From Mobula hypostoma (Eukaryota): a DNA stretch of 64,000 bases. This document shows positions 1 to 12,052 of the stretch, piece by piece. The DNA is taken from contig NC_086108.1 in assembly GCF_963921235.1 (NCBI RefSeq), forward strand, positions 91,576,001 to 91,640,000, given 5' to 3'. The notes beneath the pieces are model-generated. The model saw nothing but the letters and a program-made list of their open reading frames with translations, was not told the DNA's origin and ran no database searches. Each line of letters opens with the position of its first letter. Position 1 is the stretch's first letter. Made by a program: the position numbers and the translations under genes.

Positions 1-140
1 ATGGAGTGAGGGGAAGGTGTGAGGGAGGGGGCGGAGTTGGAGGGAGGGAGGAGAGGGGGAGGAGAGGGAGGGGGAGAGGGGAAGGAGGAGAGGGGAAGGA
101 GGAGAGGGGGGGGGAGGAGAGGGGGGGGAGGAGAGGGGGG

Positions 141-224
<84 letters not shown>

Positions 225-2240
225 GAGGGGGGGAGAGGGGGGGAGAGGGGGGGGGGGGGGGGAGGGGGGAGGAGAGGGGGGGGAGAGGGGGGAGGAGAGG
301 GGGGAGGAGAGGGGGGAGGAGAGGGGGGAGGAGAGGGGGAGGAGGGGGGAGGGGGGGAGGAGGGGGGGAGGAGGAGGAGGGGGGGAGGGGGAGGAGAGGG
401 GGGAGGGGGAGGAGAGGGGAGGGGGAGGAAGGGGAGGGGGAGGAAGGGGAGGGGGAGGAAGGGGAGGGGGAGGAAGGGGAGGGGGGGGGAGGGGGAGGAA
501 GGGGGAGGGGGAGGAAGGGGGAGGGGGAGGGAGGGGGAAGGGGGAGGGGGAGGGAGGGGGAGGGGGAGGGAGGGGGGAGGGGGAGGGGGGAGGGGGAGGG
601 GGGAGGGGGAGGGGGGAGGGGGAGGGGGAGGGGGGGGGGGAGGGGGGGAGGGGGAGGGAGGGGGGAGGGAGGGAGGGGGAGGGGGAGGGAGGGGGAGGGA
701 GGGAGGGGGGAGGGAGGGGGAGGGAGGGAGGAGGGAGAGAGGGAGGAGGGAGAGAGGGGGGAGGGAGAGGGAGAGAGGGAGGAGGGGGGAGGGAGGGGGA
801 GAGAGTGGGAGAGAGGGAGGGGGAGAGAGTGGGAGAGAGGGAGGGGGAGGGAGTGGGAGAGAGGGAGGGGGAGGGAGTGGGAGAGAGGGAGGGGGAGGGA
901 GTGGGAGAGGGGGAGGGAGTGTGAGGGAGAGAGGGAGGAGGAGAGGGAAGGGAGGGGGAGAGAGGGAGGGAGGGGGAGGGGGAGGGGGAGGGGGAGGGAG
1001 GGAGGGAGGGGGAGGGGGGGGGGGGGGGAGGGGGGGGAGGGGGGAGAGGGGGGGAGAGGGGGGAGAGGGAGGGGGGAGGGGGGGAGAGGGGGGAGAGGGG
1101 GAGAGGGGGGGGGAGGGGGAGAGGGGGGAGGAGGGGGAGGGGGAGAGAGGGGGGAGGAGGGGGAGGGAGGGGAGGGAGGGAGGGGGGAGGGAGGGGAGGG
1201 AGGGAGGGGGGAGGGAGGGGAGGGAGGGAAGGGAGGGAGGGGAGGGAGAGGGGGGGAGGGAGAGGGGGGAGGGAGCAGGGCAAGGATGGAAGGGAGGGAG
1301 GGAGGGTGCGAGCGGGGCAGGGATGGGAGGGAGGTGGGAGGGGTGGAGGAGGGAGGGATGGATGGAGGAGGGATGGAGAGGGAGGGGGGAGAGGGGGGGG
1401 AGGTGGGGAGGGAGGGATGGGGAGGGGGGAGGGAGGGATGGGGATAGAGGGGGGAGGGAGGGGGGAGGGGTGAGGGAGCGGGAGGGGGGATGGGGGAGGG
1501 GGGAGGGGAGGGGGGAGGGGAGGAGGAGGGGAAGGAGGGGGAGGGGAGGGAGGGGAAGGAGGGGGAGGGGAGGGAGGGGGAGGGGGGAGGGAAGGAGGGA
1601 GGGAGGGGGAGGGGGGAGGGGGAGGGGGGGGGGGGGGAGGGGGAGGGGGAGGGGGGAGGGGGGGGGAGGAGGGGGGGGAGGGGGAGGGGGGAGGGAGGGA
1701 GGGGAGGGAGGGGGGAGGGAGGGGGGAGGGAGGGGGGAGGGAGGGGGAGGGAGGGGGGGGGGAGGGAGGGGAGGGAGGGGGGAGGGGGGGGGAGGGGGGA
1801 GGGGGAGGGAGGGGGAGGGGGGAGGGAGGGGGGGGGAGGGGGGGGGGAGGGAGGGGGAGGGAGGGAGGGAGGGGGAGGGGGAGGGAGGGGGGAGGGGGGG
1901 GGGGGGAGGGGGGAGGGGGGAGGGGGGGAGGGGGGAGGGAGGGGGGAGGGAGGGGAGGGGGGGGAGGGGAGAGGGGAGGGGGGAGGGGGAGGGGGAGGGG
2001 AGGGGGAGGGGGGGAGGGGGAGGGGGAGGGAGGGGGAGGGGGAGGGAGGGGGAGGGGGGAGGGAGGGGGAGGGGGAGGGGGAAGGGGAGGGGGAGAGGGA
2101 GGGGGAGGGAGGAGGGGAGAGGGAGGGGGAGGGAGGAGGGGAGAGGGAGGGGGAGGGAGGAGGGGGGAGGGAGGGAGGGGGAGGGGGGAGGGAGGGAGGG
2201 GGAGGGGGGAGGGGGGAGGGAGGGGGAGGGGGGAGGGGGG
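1..2240. repeat. Almost pure G/A low-complexity tract, including a ~80-nt poly-G run at ~144-223
   Basis: Nearly only G and A in (GGGA/GGGGA)n patterns. The ORFs across it encode only G/E/R and arise from the lack of stop codons. Confidence 0.95.
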
Positions 2241-3700
2241 AGGGATGGAGGGGGAGGGATGGAGGGGGGAGGGATGGAGGGGGGAGGGATGGAGGGGGGA
2301 GGGATGGAGGGTGCGAGCGGGGGCAGGGATGGGAGGGAGGGAGCGAGCGGGGGCACGGATGGAAGGAGGGAGGGAGCGGGGCAGGGATGGGAGGGAGGGA
2401 GGGAGCGGGGCAGGGATGGGAGGGAGGGAGCGGGGCAGGGATGGGAGGGAGGGAGGGAGCGGGGCAGGGATGGGAGGGAGGGAGGGAGCGGGGCAGGGAT
2501 GGGAGGGAGGGAGGGAGCGGGGCAGGGATGGGAGGGAGGGAGGGAGCGGGGCAGGGATGGGAGGGAGGGAGGGGGCAGGGATGGGAGGGAGGGAGGGGGC
2601 AGGGATGGGAGGGAGGGAGGGAGCAGGGATGGAAGGAGGGAGGGAGCGGGGCAGGGATGGGAGGGAGGGGGCAGGGATGGGAGGGAGGGGGCAGGGATGG
2701 GAGGGAGGGGGCAGGGATGGGAGGGAGGGAGGGAGCAGGGATGGAAGGAGGGAGGGAGCGGGGCAGGGATGGGTGGGAGGGAGGGAGCGGGGGCAGGGAT
2801 GGGTGGGAGGGAGGGAGCGGGGGCAGGGGAGGGAGGGAGCGGGGGCAGGGATGGGAGGGAGGGAGCGGGGGCAGGGATGGGAGGGAGGGAGGGAGGGAGG
2901 GAGCGGGGGCAGGGAGGGAGGGAGCGGGGGCAGGGATGGGAGGGAGGGAGGGAGCGGGGGCAGGGAGGGAGGGAGGGAGCGGGGGCAGGGAGGGAGGGAG
3001 GGAGGGAGGGAGCGGGGGCAGGGAGGGAGGGAGGGGAGCGGAGGGAGGGAGGGAGGGAGCGGGGGCAGGGATGGGAGGGAGGGAGGGAGGGAGGGAGGGA
3101 GGGAGGGAGCGGGGCAGGGATGGGAGGGAGGGAGCGGGGGCAGGGGAGGGAGGGAGGGAGCGGGGGCAGGGATGGGAGGGAGGGAGGGAGGGAGGGAGGG
3201 AGGGAGCGGGGGCAGGGATGGGAGGGAGGGAGCGGGGGCAGGGATGGGAGGGAGGGAGGGAGCGGGGGCAAGGATTGGAGGGAGGGAGCGGGGGCAAGGA
3301 TGGGAGGGAGGGAGCGGGGGCAAGGATGGGAGGGAGGGAGCGGGGGCAAGGATGGGAGGGAGGGAGCGGGGGCAAGGATGGGAGGGAGGGAGGGAGCGGG
3401 GGCAAGGATGGGAGGGAGGGAGGGAGCGGGGGCAAGGATGGGAGGGAGGGAGGGAGCGGGGGCAAGGATGGGAGGGAGGGAGGGAGCGGGGGCAAGGATG
3501 GGAGGGAGGGAGGGAGGGAGCGGGGGCAGGGATGGAAGGAGGGAAGGAGGGAAGGAGCGGGGCAGGGATGGAAGGAGGGAAGGAGCCGGGCAGGGATGGA
3601 AGGAGGGAAGGAGCCGGGCAGGGATGGAAGGAGGGAAGGAGCCGGGCAGGGATGGAAGGAGGGAAGGAGCGGGGCAGGGATGGAAGGAAGACAGGAGCAG
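2241..3700. repeat. G-rich minisatellite, unit ~21-30 bp (e.g. AGGGAGCGGGGGCAAGGATGGGAGGGAGGG)
   Basis: Many degenerate copies of GGGAGCGGGGCAGGGATGGGAGGGA. A 30-bp unit is exactly repeated five times at 3361-3510. Confidence 0.9.
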
Positions 3701-3769
3701 AGTAAGGAGAGAGGGAGGAATGGAATGAGGGATCAGTCAGAAAGGATGTGCAAGGCCTCCCCTAATGTT

Positions 3770-4330
3770 GTGGCATGAACCCAGACCGAACAACGACGCG
3801 CAGCACCCAAAAGCCACCTGCCTGGCCAACTACCAAGGATTAATTAGAACCATCCGAGGAAGCCGAATTTTGCTCCTCGTCGAAACAGCCCGGACGAACC
3901 CCAGTGGGCTGTATTATAACAGCTTCTATCTACCGCTAGTCTTTAGGACGCCACGACGTGTATTGGAAAACGCTTCGCATCCTGCCTCAATATTTACTTC
4001 AGTCGGAACGCATGACTCTAGATCAACCCGCGACTTCGCCTGCCTATTTTCATGCAATCATTTCCCTGCCTTTTTTTTTAAGTAGGCTTACCCGTCCATT
4101 GCCGAATTAACAAAGATTTGACAGCGAGCTGCCACCGTTAGGGAACACACAAAATGGCGCCGCGTGTCGTTGGCCGTCCCTCCCCTCCCCCTTCGACACG
4201 CTCGCTTCGACTCGGGATCCTCCGGAAATGACCGAGCGCAACCGATCCGCCGCAGCTTGTCAAAGCCGAAAAATCTCGTGGACCCGAAGCTCCGTTGTTG
4301 GAAGTGAGTTGTTATATCCCCAGGTCTACT
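3770..4330. promoter_or_regulatory. CpG-island promoter, probably bidirectional
   Basis: Dense CpGs in otherwise CpG-poor, non-repeat DNA. YY1-type AAAATGGCG at 4151-4159, CCCTCCCCTCCCCC (Sp/KLF-like) at ~4178-4191, ETS-type CCGGAAAT at 4222-4229. Outward-facing splice donors on both strands (4091 minus, 4304 plus). Confidence 0.8.
4092..4099 (-). CDS. PTBP2: Coding part of exon 1 (M-D-G) of a polypyrimidine tract-binding protein gene, most like PTBP2; the rest of the gene would lie left of the window
   Basis: Minus strand reads ...GCGCCATTTTGTG...CTTTGTTAATTCGGCA ATG GAC GG|GTAAGC. From memory, PTBP1/2/3 exon 1 ends with this 8-nt ATGGACGG-type segment, and TTCGGCAATGGACGG resembles the PTBP2 start context. 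Only 8 coding nt are visible, so the identity is tentative. Confidence 0.55.
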
Positions 4331-4489
4331 ACAAAGAAATAATTTAAAAACAAGATGTTCTCAGTCAGGCCTGCAACCTTGATTCCTCGCCTTCACTTTT
4401 ATTTAAAGGAAATAATCTGGTCATTTAAGAAAATCTGAAATTAAAAAAAGGACATTTCTGCCTGAATCAGTTTGCCCTTTTCCCGGACA

Positions 4490-4930
4490 AAGCCAGGATT
4501 GAGTTTGTCGGACCTTCCACATCCACATTCGATAGATCATCCTTCCTAATCCCTGCCAACTCCAACAAGATTTCATTGCCTGTCATATTACCTTCTCCTT
4601 TTAGCAATTTGAAAGTACACCTCCCATTGTGACTCTTTCCTTCATCACCAAATGGTACTGTTACGAGAAGATGCCATACATAGCGCCTGCATTTTTACCC
4701 CCTTCCCACTATCACGGGACACAAGCAATAATTCCAGCTGAAGTAATAATTCACATGTACTTCATCTGGTGTACTACATTCTATGTTCATAATTTGTTCT
4801 TCTTCATACAAGAGGAATCAAAATGTAAATGGTTTGATTGCTGAGCACCGGCATTCTGTCTGCTGGAGTAATCTTGAGTGTCCTGTTGCCTGTCACTTTA
4901 ACTCAGCATCCTATCACCATGCTCACCTTT
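4490..4930 (+). mobile_element. Old Penelope-like element remnant (GIY-YIG region)
   Basis: Peptide LIAEHRHSVCWSNLECPVACHFNS parallels FAEHLRSVRQRKQDLPVATHFNS in the younger copies in this window. Confidence 0.6.
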
Positions 4931-4967
4931 CCGGTGAAGATGTGGTGGTCAATTTAGCTTTTTTTCC

Positions 4968-6205
4968 GCTGTACCTTTCCTCATTCCCTGTCACGGCCAC
5001 TGTTGAGCTTGAACGCACGCGTCATCCGTGTCAGCGCGGGAAGAAGATCAACTCCTCGAGTTTGCAAATGACGGCGGGCTGAAAAGTATGTTAGACATAA
5101 CATCTCTGCCGGCATTCTGGATCAAAGTCAAGGCTAAATATCCTGAGGTAGCCACGAAAGCACTGAAAACGTTGCTTCTATTTCCAACATATCTCTGCGA
5201 AGCGGGGTTTTCTGCAATGAATGTAACGAAAATTAAATTGTGGAATAGACTGGACATAAGGAACCCCCTTCGAGAATCGCTGTCTCCTATCACCCCTCGA
5301 TAGGACCGTCTTGTTGCAGAGAAACAAGCACAGGGCTCCCACTGATTCACCGATATTGGTGTGTTGCAATGATTTTATATGTTCATACAGGGAAAATATG
5401 TGCCTTGTGTTTAATATCCAAACGTTACTTAAAATGTTATGATGATATAAGTGACTTACAATTGACTTATCACTATATTCATGCGAGGAAAATATGCGCT
5501 GTGTGTTTAATATTAAATTCGTTAGATAAACCCTTTTAGAAACGAAATTGAGTGTATTAGCCACTTATGAGTGACTTATAGTTGACTTATCACCTATATT
5601 CGGGTCGTGATTAACAACCCCCACCAGGCTTGCCAACTGTCCCGTATTAGCCGGGACATCCCGTACATTGGGCTAAATTGATTTGTCCCATACGGGACCG
5701 CCCTTGTCCCGTATTTCCCCCGCTAAGGTAGAGCGTTCCCATGAAACCTTTCGTGCCGAAATGGCGTAAAGCGAAGAAGCAATTACCATTAATTTATACG
5801 GGAAAATTTTTTGAGCGTTACCAGACCCAGAAAATAACCTACCAAATCATACCAAATAGCACATTAAACCTAAAATAACACTAACATATAGTAAAAGCAC
5901 GAATGATATGATAAATACACAGCCTATATAAAGTAGAAATAATGTAGGTACAGTGTAGCTTCACGAAGAGAATGGCCGAAAACGATTTGTAGAGAGAAAA
6001 AAAATCGGCACGTACACGCATGCGCACACAGGTGCCCGCGCAAAGCTTCGTGGTCATAGTAGTTTTTCTTGGGGTAAACACAACGTATTTGACTGCTACT
6101 CTTGTCCGTTGACAACCATACCGCCCCCTCCCCGGGTCAGCCGGTCCGCAAGAAGATTGTCAATAATAAACCGGTCCGCGGTGCAAAGTGGGTTGGGGAC
6201 CCCTG
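4968..6205 (+). mobile_element. hAT-Charlie (Charlie3/MER1-like) non-autonomous DNA transposon, left TIR lost, with transposase C-terminal fragment
   Basis: ORF 5028-5303 (FWIKVKAKYPEVATKALKTLLLFPTYLCEAGFSAM...NRLDI) is a hAT dimerization-domain motif. Right TIR GGTTGGGGACCCCTG ends at 6205, followed by CACTAGAA. Homologous to 24225-25392. Confidence 0.85.
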
Positions 6206-6249
6206 CACTAGAACTTTATAGCCTCAGATCTATTCACTGCACCATCAGA

Positions 6250-6725
6250 GGTGCCCAGATTTCTCAGATCAGGGCTGTGAGAATGGCTGAGAGGATCTGG
6301 GACATTTATCAGGAGCACTGTCTACACAGGTCCCTTAATATTATTAAGGATTCCACCCACCCATCCAGCATCCTCTTTGACTTTCTACCATCAGGCAGCA
6401 GATGCCAATGCATAAAGACAAGAGTGGTCTGGATGGAAAACAGCTTCTTCCCTCAGGCCATTAGGCTTCTGAACTCCCTGCTGCATTGCATTCAAAGTGT
6501 CACCGGTTAATCTGTTTCTATATCTGGCAATATTCAATTCATGCACTTTTCTTTGTTTATTTATGTGTAATTTGTCTGTAGATTTTATCCTTATGTTCAT
6601 ACATTATTTTATATTGTACATGTGTTATGTGTATTACTGTGCTGTACACCCAGGTTTGGAGAAACATATCATTTGAGGGTATGCATGTATATAGTTACGT
6701 GACAATAGACTTGACTTGACTTGAC
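6250..6725 (+). mobile_element. 3' fragment of a Rex/L2-type LINE
   Basis: Peptide DSTHPSSILFDFLPSG...NSFFPQAIRLLNS (LINE ORF2 C-terminus), then an AT-rich UTR and a (GACTT)n tail at ~6708-6725. Confidence 0.7.
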
Positions 6726-7452
6726 GTGATGCACTATACCATCGGCTGCAAAGTACCCTGAAAATAATCTCACAAATGTGTATTTTTCTTTATATTTTAT
6801 GTTATCCATTTATCTCATACGTGAAGAGAGGTGAGGTTCATCTGAAGCCAACACTTGTTTCACAGCTTTCAGACCTTTACCTTGGTTGCTTCTGTCAGTA
6901 GTTAGTCAGCGGAGTGCAGTACTTACCACTTTCATGCAGCATCAGCATCTCAGAAGAGCAGAATTACTTTAATTTTCCAGTCCTGCTTACCAATGGCACA
7001 GCTTTGGCAATTTGAAGGTGATTTCCTGATTCCACCTTTCCAGTGTGTTTGAGCTGGTTCTCTGTAAATTCTGATTCTCTGCAAAATCAGCATTGCTATT
7101 ACCTCAAATAAAGAATATTCAATATTGAGCAGTACTGTTCTCTGCAGCTCTGATTGCAAGACCCAAAGTCCATGCTGCTGTCAGGGCTGAGATAGAATGA
7201 GGGTGGAACAAATAAAGCTGCTGCCTCACAACTTCAAAAACCCAGATTCAATCCTAATCTCAGATGTAATCTATGCGCAGTTTATATGTGATGTTCATAT
7301 CTGTGTGGGTTTCCTCTAGGTGCTCAGATTTCCTTCCACATCCCAAAGAGGGCCATGTGTATAAGGAAGCATGTGTGCAGGGATAATGGAAAATAAGGAG
7401 AAGGAGAATGTAAAAAAATGGGATTGCACCCTTGGGAACTAGTGTGTGTATA

Positions 7453-7782
7453 CAGTCGGCCTTCCTTATCCGCGGGTTCGGCATGCGCGGATTCAACCAA
7501 CTGCGGATCGGGAAAACCTGGAAGTTCTCTTTCCAGCACTCATTTGAGCATTTTTTCTTGTCATTATTCCCTAAACAATACAGTATAACAACTATTTACA
7601 TAGCATTTATATTGCATTAGGGACTATAAGTAATCTAGAGATGATTTAAAGTGTACGGGAGGATGTGCATAGGTTATATGCAAATACTACGCCATTTTAT
7701 ATTAGGGACTTGAGCATCCGCATTTTTTGGTATCCACGGGGTGTCCCGGAACCAATTCCCTGCGGATAAGGAGGGCCAACTG
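7453..7782. mobile_element. Tc1/mariner-Tigger MITE resembling mammalian MER2
   Basis: 330 bp. TIRs CAGTCGGCCTTCCTTATCCGCGGG / CCTGCGGATAAGGAGGGCCAACTG, flanked by TA on both sides. Confidence 0.85.
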
Positions 7783-8539
7783 TATATACGTATGTATAAT
7801 GGACCAAACTGCCTCCTTCTAAGTTGTTATAACTCAAGGGCCTTGGAACTGGAAGGGTGAAAGATCCAGATATCATGGTCTTTTGCAGGATCCAAGAAAG
7901 TACTTGTGACTGAAGAGGGATATGAGCAGTTAAGATCCAAATTAAAAAGCAGACCTGAACTCTCTCATTTATTACCAATATCAGAGTCAAGTGGTCAAAT
8001 GGATGTGTAGCTCAATTTTTTTTAGTGAAATTGGACTGAACTTATGGCACATTAGCATCTGTGTTGGGGAAAGAGGGAGCTACTTCACTGTGATGTCCTG
8101 CTCTTCTGTTGAGCTGGGACCAGTGTTCTAATGAACAGAATAACCACGGCTTTCACGGCGACCATTGGTCAGGAGGTGTAGAATGAAATCCCACACTATC
8201 AGGCTCAAAAACAGCTATTTGCCTTCAACCGTTCTGTTCTTGAACCAACTGGCGATACATTAATTAATATAGTTTAGCAACAATATGACCACTGGCACTA
8301 AAATAGACCTTTTTACATTCTAATGCATCTTTGTGTAAAGTTTCTCTATAATTTATTTTTAATTTATGATTGTACGCTTATATGTGTCTGCGATGTTGCT
8401 GCAAGAAAGCTTTTCATTGCACTTGAGCATATGACAACAAACTCAACTTCGAGGGGCTGGAAGGGCTTATTCTGCACTGTATCACTAAATAAAATATAAA
8501 ATAAAATAAAGATTGCACCAAAATAAAGTATGGGACGGA

Positions 8540-9228
8540 GAAGACAAGATGATAGTGGGACATGGTGGAGGGTTACTAATACCTGGGGATACGAATTGAC
8601 AATAAACTGGACTGGTCTAAGTACACTGAGGCTGTCTACAAGAAGGGTCAGAGCCGTCTCTATTTCCTGAGGAGACTGAGGTCCATTAACATCTGCCGGA
8701 CGATGCCGAGGATGTTCTATGAGTCTGTGGTGGCCAGTGTTATCATGTTCGCTGTTGTGTGCTGGGGCAGCAGGCTGAGGGTAGCAGACATCAACAGAAT
8801 CAACAAACTCATTCGTAAGGCCAGTGATGTTGTGGGGATGGAACTGGACTCTCTCACGGTGGTGTCTGAAAAGAGGATGCTGTCTAAGTTGCATGCCATC
8901 TTGGTCAATGTCTCCCATCCACTACATAATGTACTGGTTGGGCACAGGAGTACATTCAGCCAGAAACTCATTCCACTGAGATGCAACACAGAGCGTCATA
9001 GGAAATCATTCCTGCCTGTGGCCATCTAACTTTACAACTCCTCCCTTGGAGGGTCAGACACCCTGAGCCAATAGGCTGGTCCTGGACTTATTTCATAATT
9101 TACTGGCATGATTTACGTACTACTATTTAACTATTTCTGGTTCTATTACTATTTATTATTTATGGTGCAACTGTAACGAAAACCAATTTCCCCCAGGATT
9201 AATAAAGTATGTCTATGACTATGACTAT
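8540..9228 (+). mobile_element. Rex1/Babar-type LINE 3' fragment
   Basis: ORF 8703-9029 MFYESVVASVIMFAVVCWGS...HPLH...RCNTERHRKSFLPVAI, then AATAAA and a (CTATGA)n tail. Confidence 0.85.
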
Positions 9229-9329
9229 ACAAATGGTACAAAGACAAAATTCGGGCTTCTTCATCTAAGCACACACAACAAGCACAACAAAATGGATGAA
9301 TTTATGGCACATTAAAATTAAATAAAGAT

Positions 9330-11850
9330 AATTTAAAAGAATGAGGTTAATGTTGGCTGAATTAGGCAGAATAAATAGATTAGCAGGTAAGACAACAGAT
9401 AAAGAATGACAGAGAGTTCTGAGATAATCCATGACTCTTGAAAATATATCCCAATGAATAGGATGGACTTATGGGGAGGATGAAGAAACTCTGATTAGTC
9501 ATGGATTATAAATCGGGTATTAAGTTGAAAAAGAAAATATATAATGTGATAAATGTTAGTAGCATACCCAAAGATTAGAATAAATTCAGAATTCAGCAAA
9601 GCAGTCCACATAACCACAGACCTTCTTTAGCGTGATAAAAAGGAATAGATGGGTCAAAGTGAACACTGGCACATGAAAGAAGTTGGCTGAGGAAATGCTT
9701 AGTGGAGAACAAGAAAATGGCACAGGAATTAGAAAGATATTTTGCATCATTTTTATGATAGATTATACTACAAACATCCCACTAATACCTATAAAAGTGA
9801 ACAGGACAAGAGATAAATAACATAATAAGAAAATTAATATTGGTCAAGGTAATAGGACAAAAAGCTGATAATTCTCTTCAACCTAATTGTTGGCATGCTA
9901 AAGGAAATGGCAGAATAGTAAATAAGTTCTTCAGATCTGGAGAGTATAGAAAACTACCTATGTGACACTCTTATTCAGAAATGTGTGGGAGGCAAAATGC
10001 AGGTGAATATTCAGTAGATTAGTTAGCCTAAGGCCTATTATTGGTAAAATGTTACAACTAATCATGAAGGAAGTAATAGCAGAAAACTTGGAGAGTCATA
10101 AACTGATCAAACAAAATCAACATGACTTCATGAAGGGGAAATCATGTCTGACAATATAATTAAAGTTCTTTGAGGAAGTATTAGCTAGAGTGATTTGAAA
10201 CGAAACAAATGTATGATATTTGGATAGTCAGAAGATGATCAATAGGATGCCGTACAAGAAGTTAGCTTCCAATATAGTAGCTCATGTAATTAGAGGTGAT
10301 ATATTAACATGAATAGAGAATTGACTGGTGAACAGGAAGCAGTGAGTAGGGAGTCATTTTCAGAATCAGAATTAGGTTTATTATGGCTGACATGTGTATG
10401 TCATGAAATTTGTTGTTTTGTGGCAGTAGTACACATTGAACATTATTATGTTACAATAAAAAAGTAAAATAAATAAATAGTGCAGATGAGGAATAGTGAG
10501 GTAGAGTTCATGAGTTCATACATCATTCAGAAATCTGATAGCAGAGGGAAAGAAGCTGTTCTTAAAATGTTGAGGAGCATTATCAGGTTCCTGAAAAGGG
10601 CATGTCCAGAATGATGAGTGTCTTTAATGAAGAATTCCACCTTCTTGAGCACCACCTTTTGAAGATGTCCTCAAAGATGGAGAGGGTTTTGTGCACAACA
10701 GGGCTGACTGCATAATCCTCTGAAGCCTCTTTCAACCCTGTGTATTGGAGCTTTCATAACAGGAAGCGATACAACCAGTCAGAATGCTCTTCACTGTATA
10801 GCTGTAGAACTTTGCTGGAGTCTTTAGTGATGTACTGAATCTCCTCAACCTCCCAATAAATTATTGCCGCTAGCATGCATTCCTCGTGACTGTATCAATA
10901 TGTTGGGCCCAGGATAGATCCTCTGAGATGTTGACCCTCAGGAACTTGCAGCTGCTCATCCCTCAATGAGGACTGGTGTGCGTGCTCCTCACCTCCCATT
11001 CTTGAAATCCATAATCATTTACCTGGTCTTGCTGATATTGAATGCAACGTTGCAACTAGTGTTAACTGGTGTAACTAGTGATGGACGGTAGCTCCCAGGG
11101 TGACAAATGCCCAACTTTTAGACTCTATGACTATACAAGTGAACATTTGGGAAATCAATGGGCTGGATATCCTGTCTGCTGTGGGGTTCTGGGCATATTC
11201 TACTGTGCAGAAAAGTGACACTTCCACTTATCCTCCCCCCCCCCCACCCCCAATGCTGAGCAAAGTAGGGTTGGGAATGCTAAATTGACTCATTCACTCA
11301 CTCACTGACTGAGGAGGCCAGATGGTGGCTGCTCTTTATATGCTCTTTCGGTTTCTTATTATTGTGATCCTCTTTCACACACCAATTTTCTCCATTTCTG
11401 ATTTACAAACAAATTATGTCATGAGTAGTATTCATTCATGATCTGCAAATGCCTATACTGCAGGGATCAATGCTAAGTCCATAGCTATTTACAATGTATG
11501 TGCTTTAGAGTAAAGAATAAAATGTATTGCGGCCAAATTTGCAGATGGTACAAAGATGGGTGAGAAGGCAAGCTGTGAGGAAGATACAGACAGATTACAC
11601 GGAGAGATTGATAGGTTAAGTGAGTGGGAAAATGTTCGTAAATGATATATGATATGGAAAGTTGTGAAGTTATTCACTTTTAAAGGAAGAATGATCAGCA
11701 TATTACTTAAATGGAGAAAGATGTCAGGAAGCTTTAGTACATGTGGATTTGAAGGTCTCTGCACATGAAGGAACTATAGAAAATTAGCATACACCGCAAG
11801 TATTCAGGCAGACAAATGTAGTGGAGGATTTTATTTCCTGGAAGTCGGTA
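9330..11850 (+). mobile_element. Decayed CR1-type LINE ORF2 fragments, interrupted by a minus-strand LINE 3' fragment (~10360-11040)
   Basis: Degenerate QHGFMKGKSCLT-like (~10118-10152) and KFADDTK-like (~11535) segments. An inverted (CAGAAT)n tail plus TTTATT marks the inserted piece. Confidence 0.6.
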
Positions 11851-11897
11851 TAGAAAAGTAGGCATGTCATACTGTAACCCTTCATGCTACAATCTTT

Positions 11898-12052
11898 AAC
11901 ACAGGAGATTCTGCAGATGCTGGAAATTCTAAGCAACATAAACAAAATGCCGGAAGAACTCAGCAGTCAGGCAGCATCTATGCAGGGAAATAAACAGTGG
12001 ACATTTCAGTCCCCTCCATACATGTTGGGTTCTTCCAGGATTTTGTGTGTGT
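11898..12052. mobile_element. Short Penelope-tail-derived fold-back element (degenerate)
   Basis: TCTGCAGATGCTGGAAAT...AAAATGCCGGAAGAACTCAGCA, then inverted GGGTTCTTCCAGGATTTTGTGTG. Confidence 0.6.

Noticed and set aside
6..3778. Long G/E/R-rich ORFs (1240, 762, 486, 301 aa)
   Set aside because: Open in several frames because the G/A repeat lacks stop codons. No domain content.
5028..5303. Domesticated ZBED/SCAND3-like gene exon
   Set aside because: Lies inside a TIR-bounded multicopy transposon. The second copy is truncated by a deletion, and no splice context is evident.
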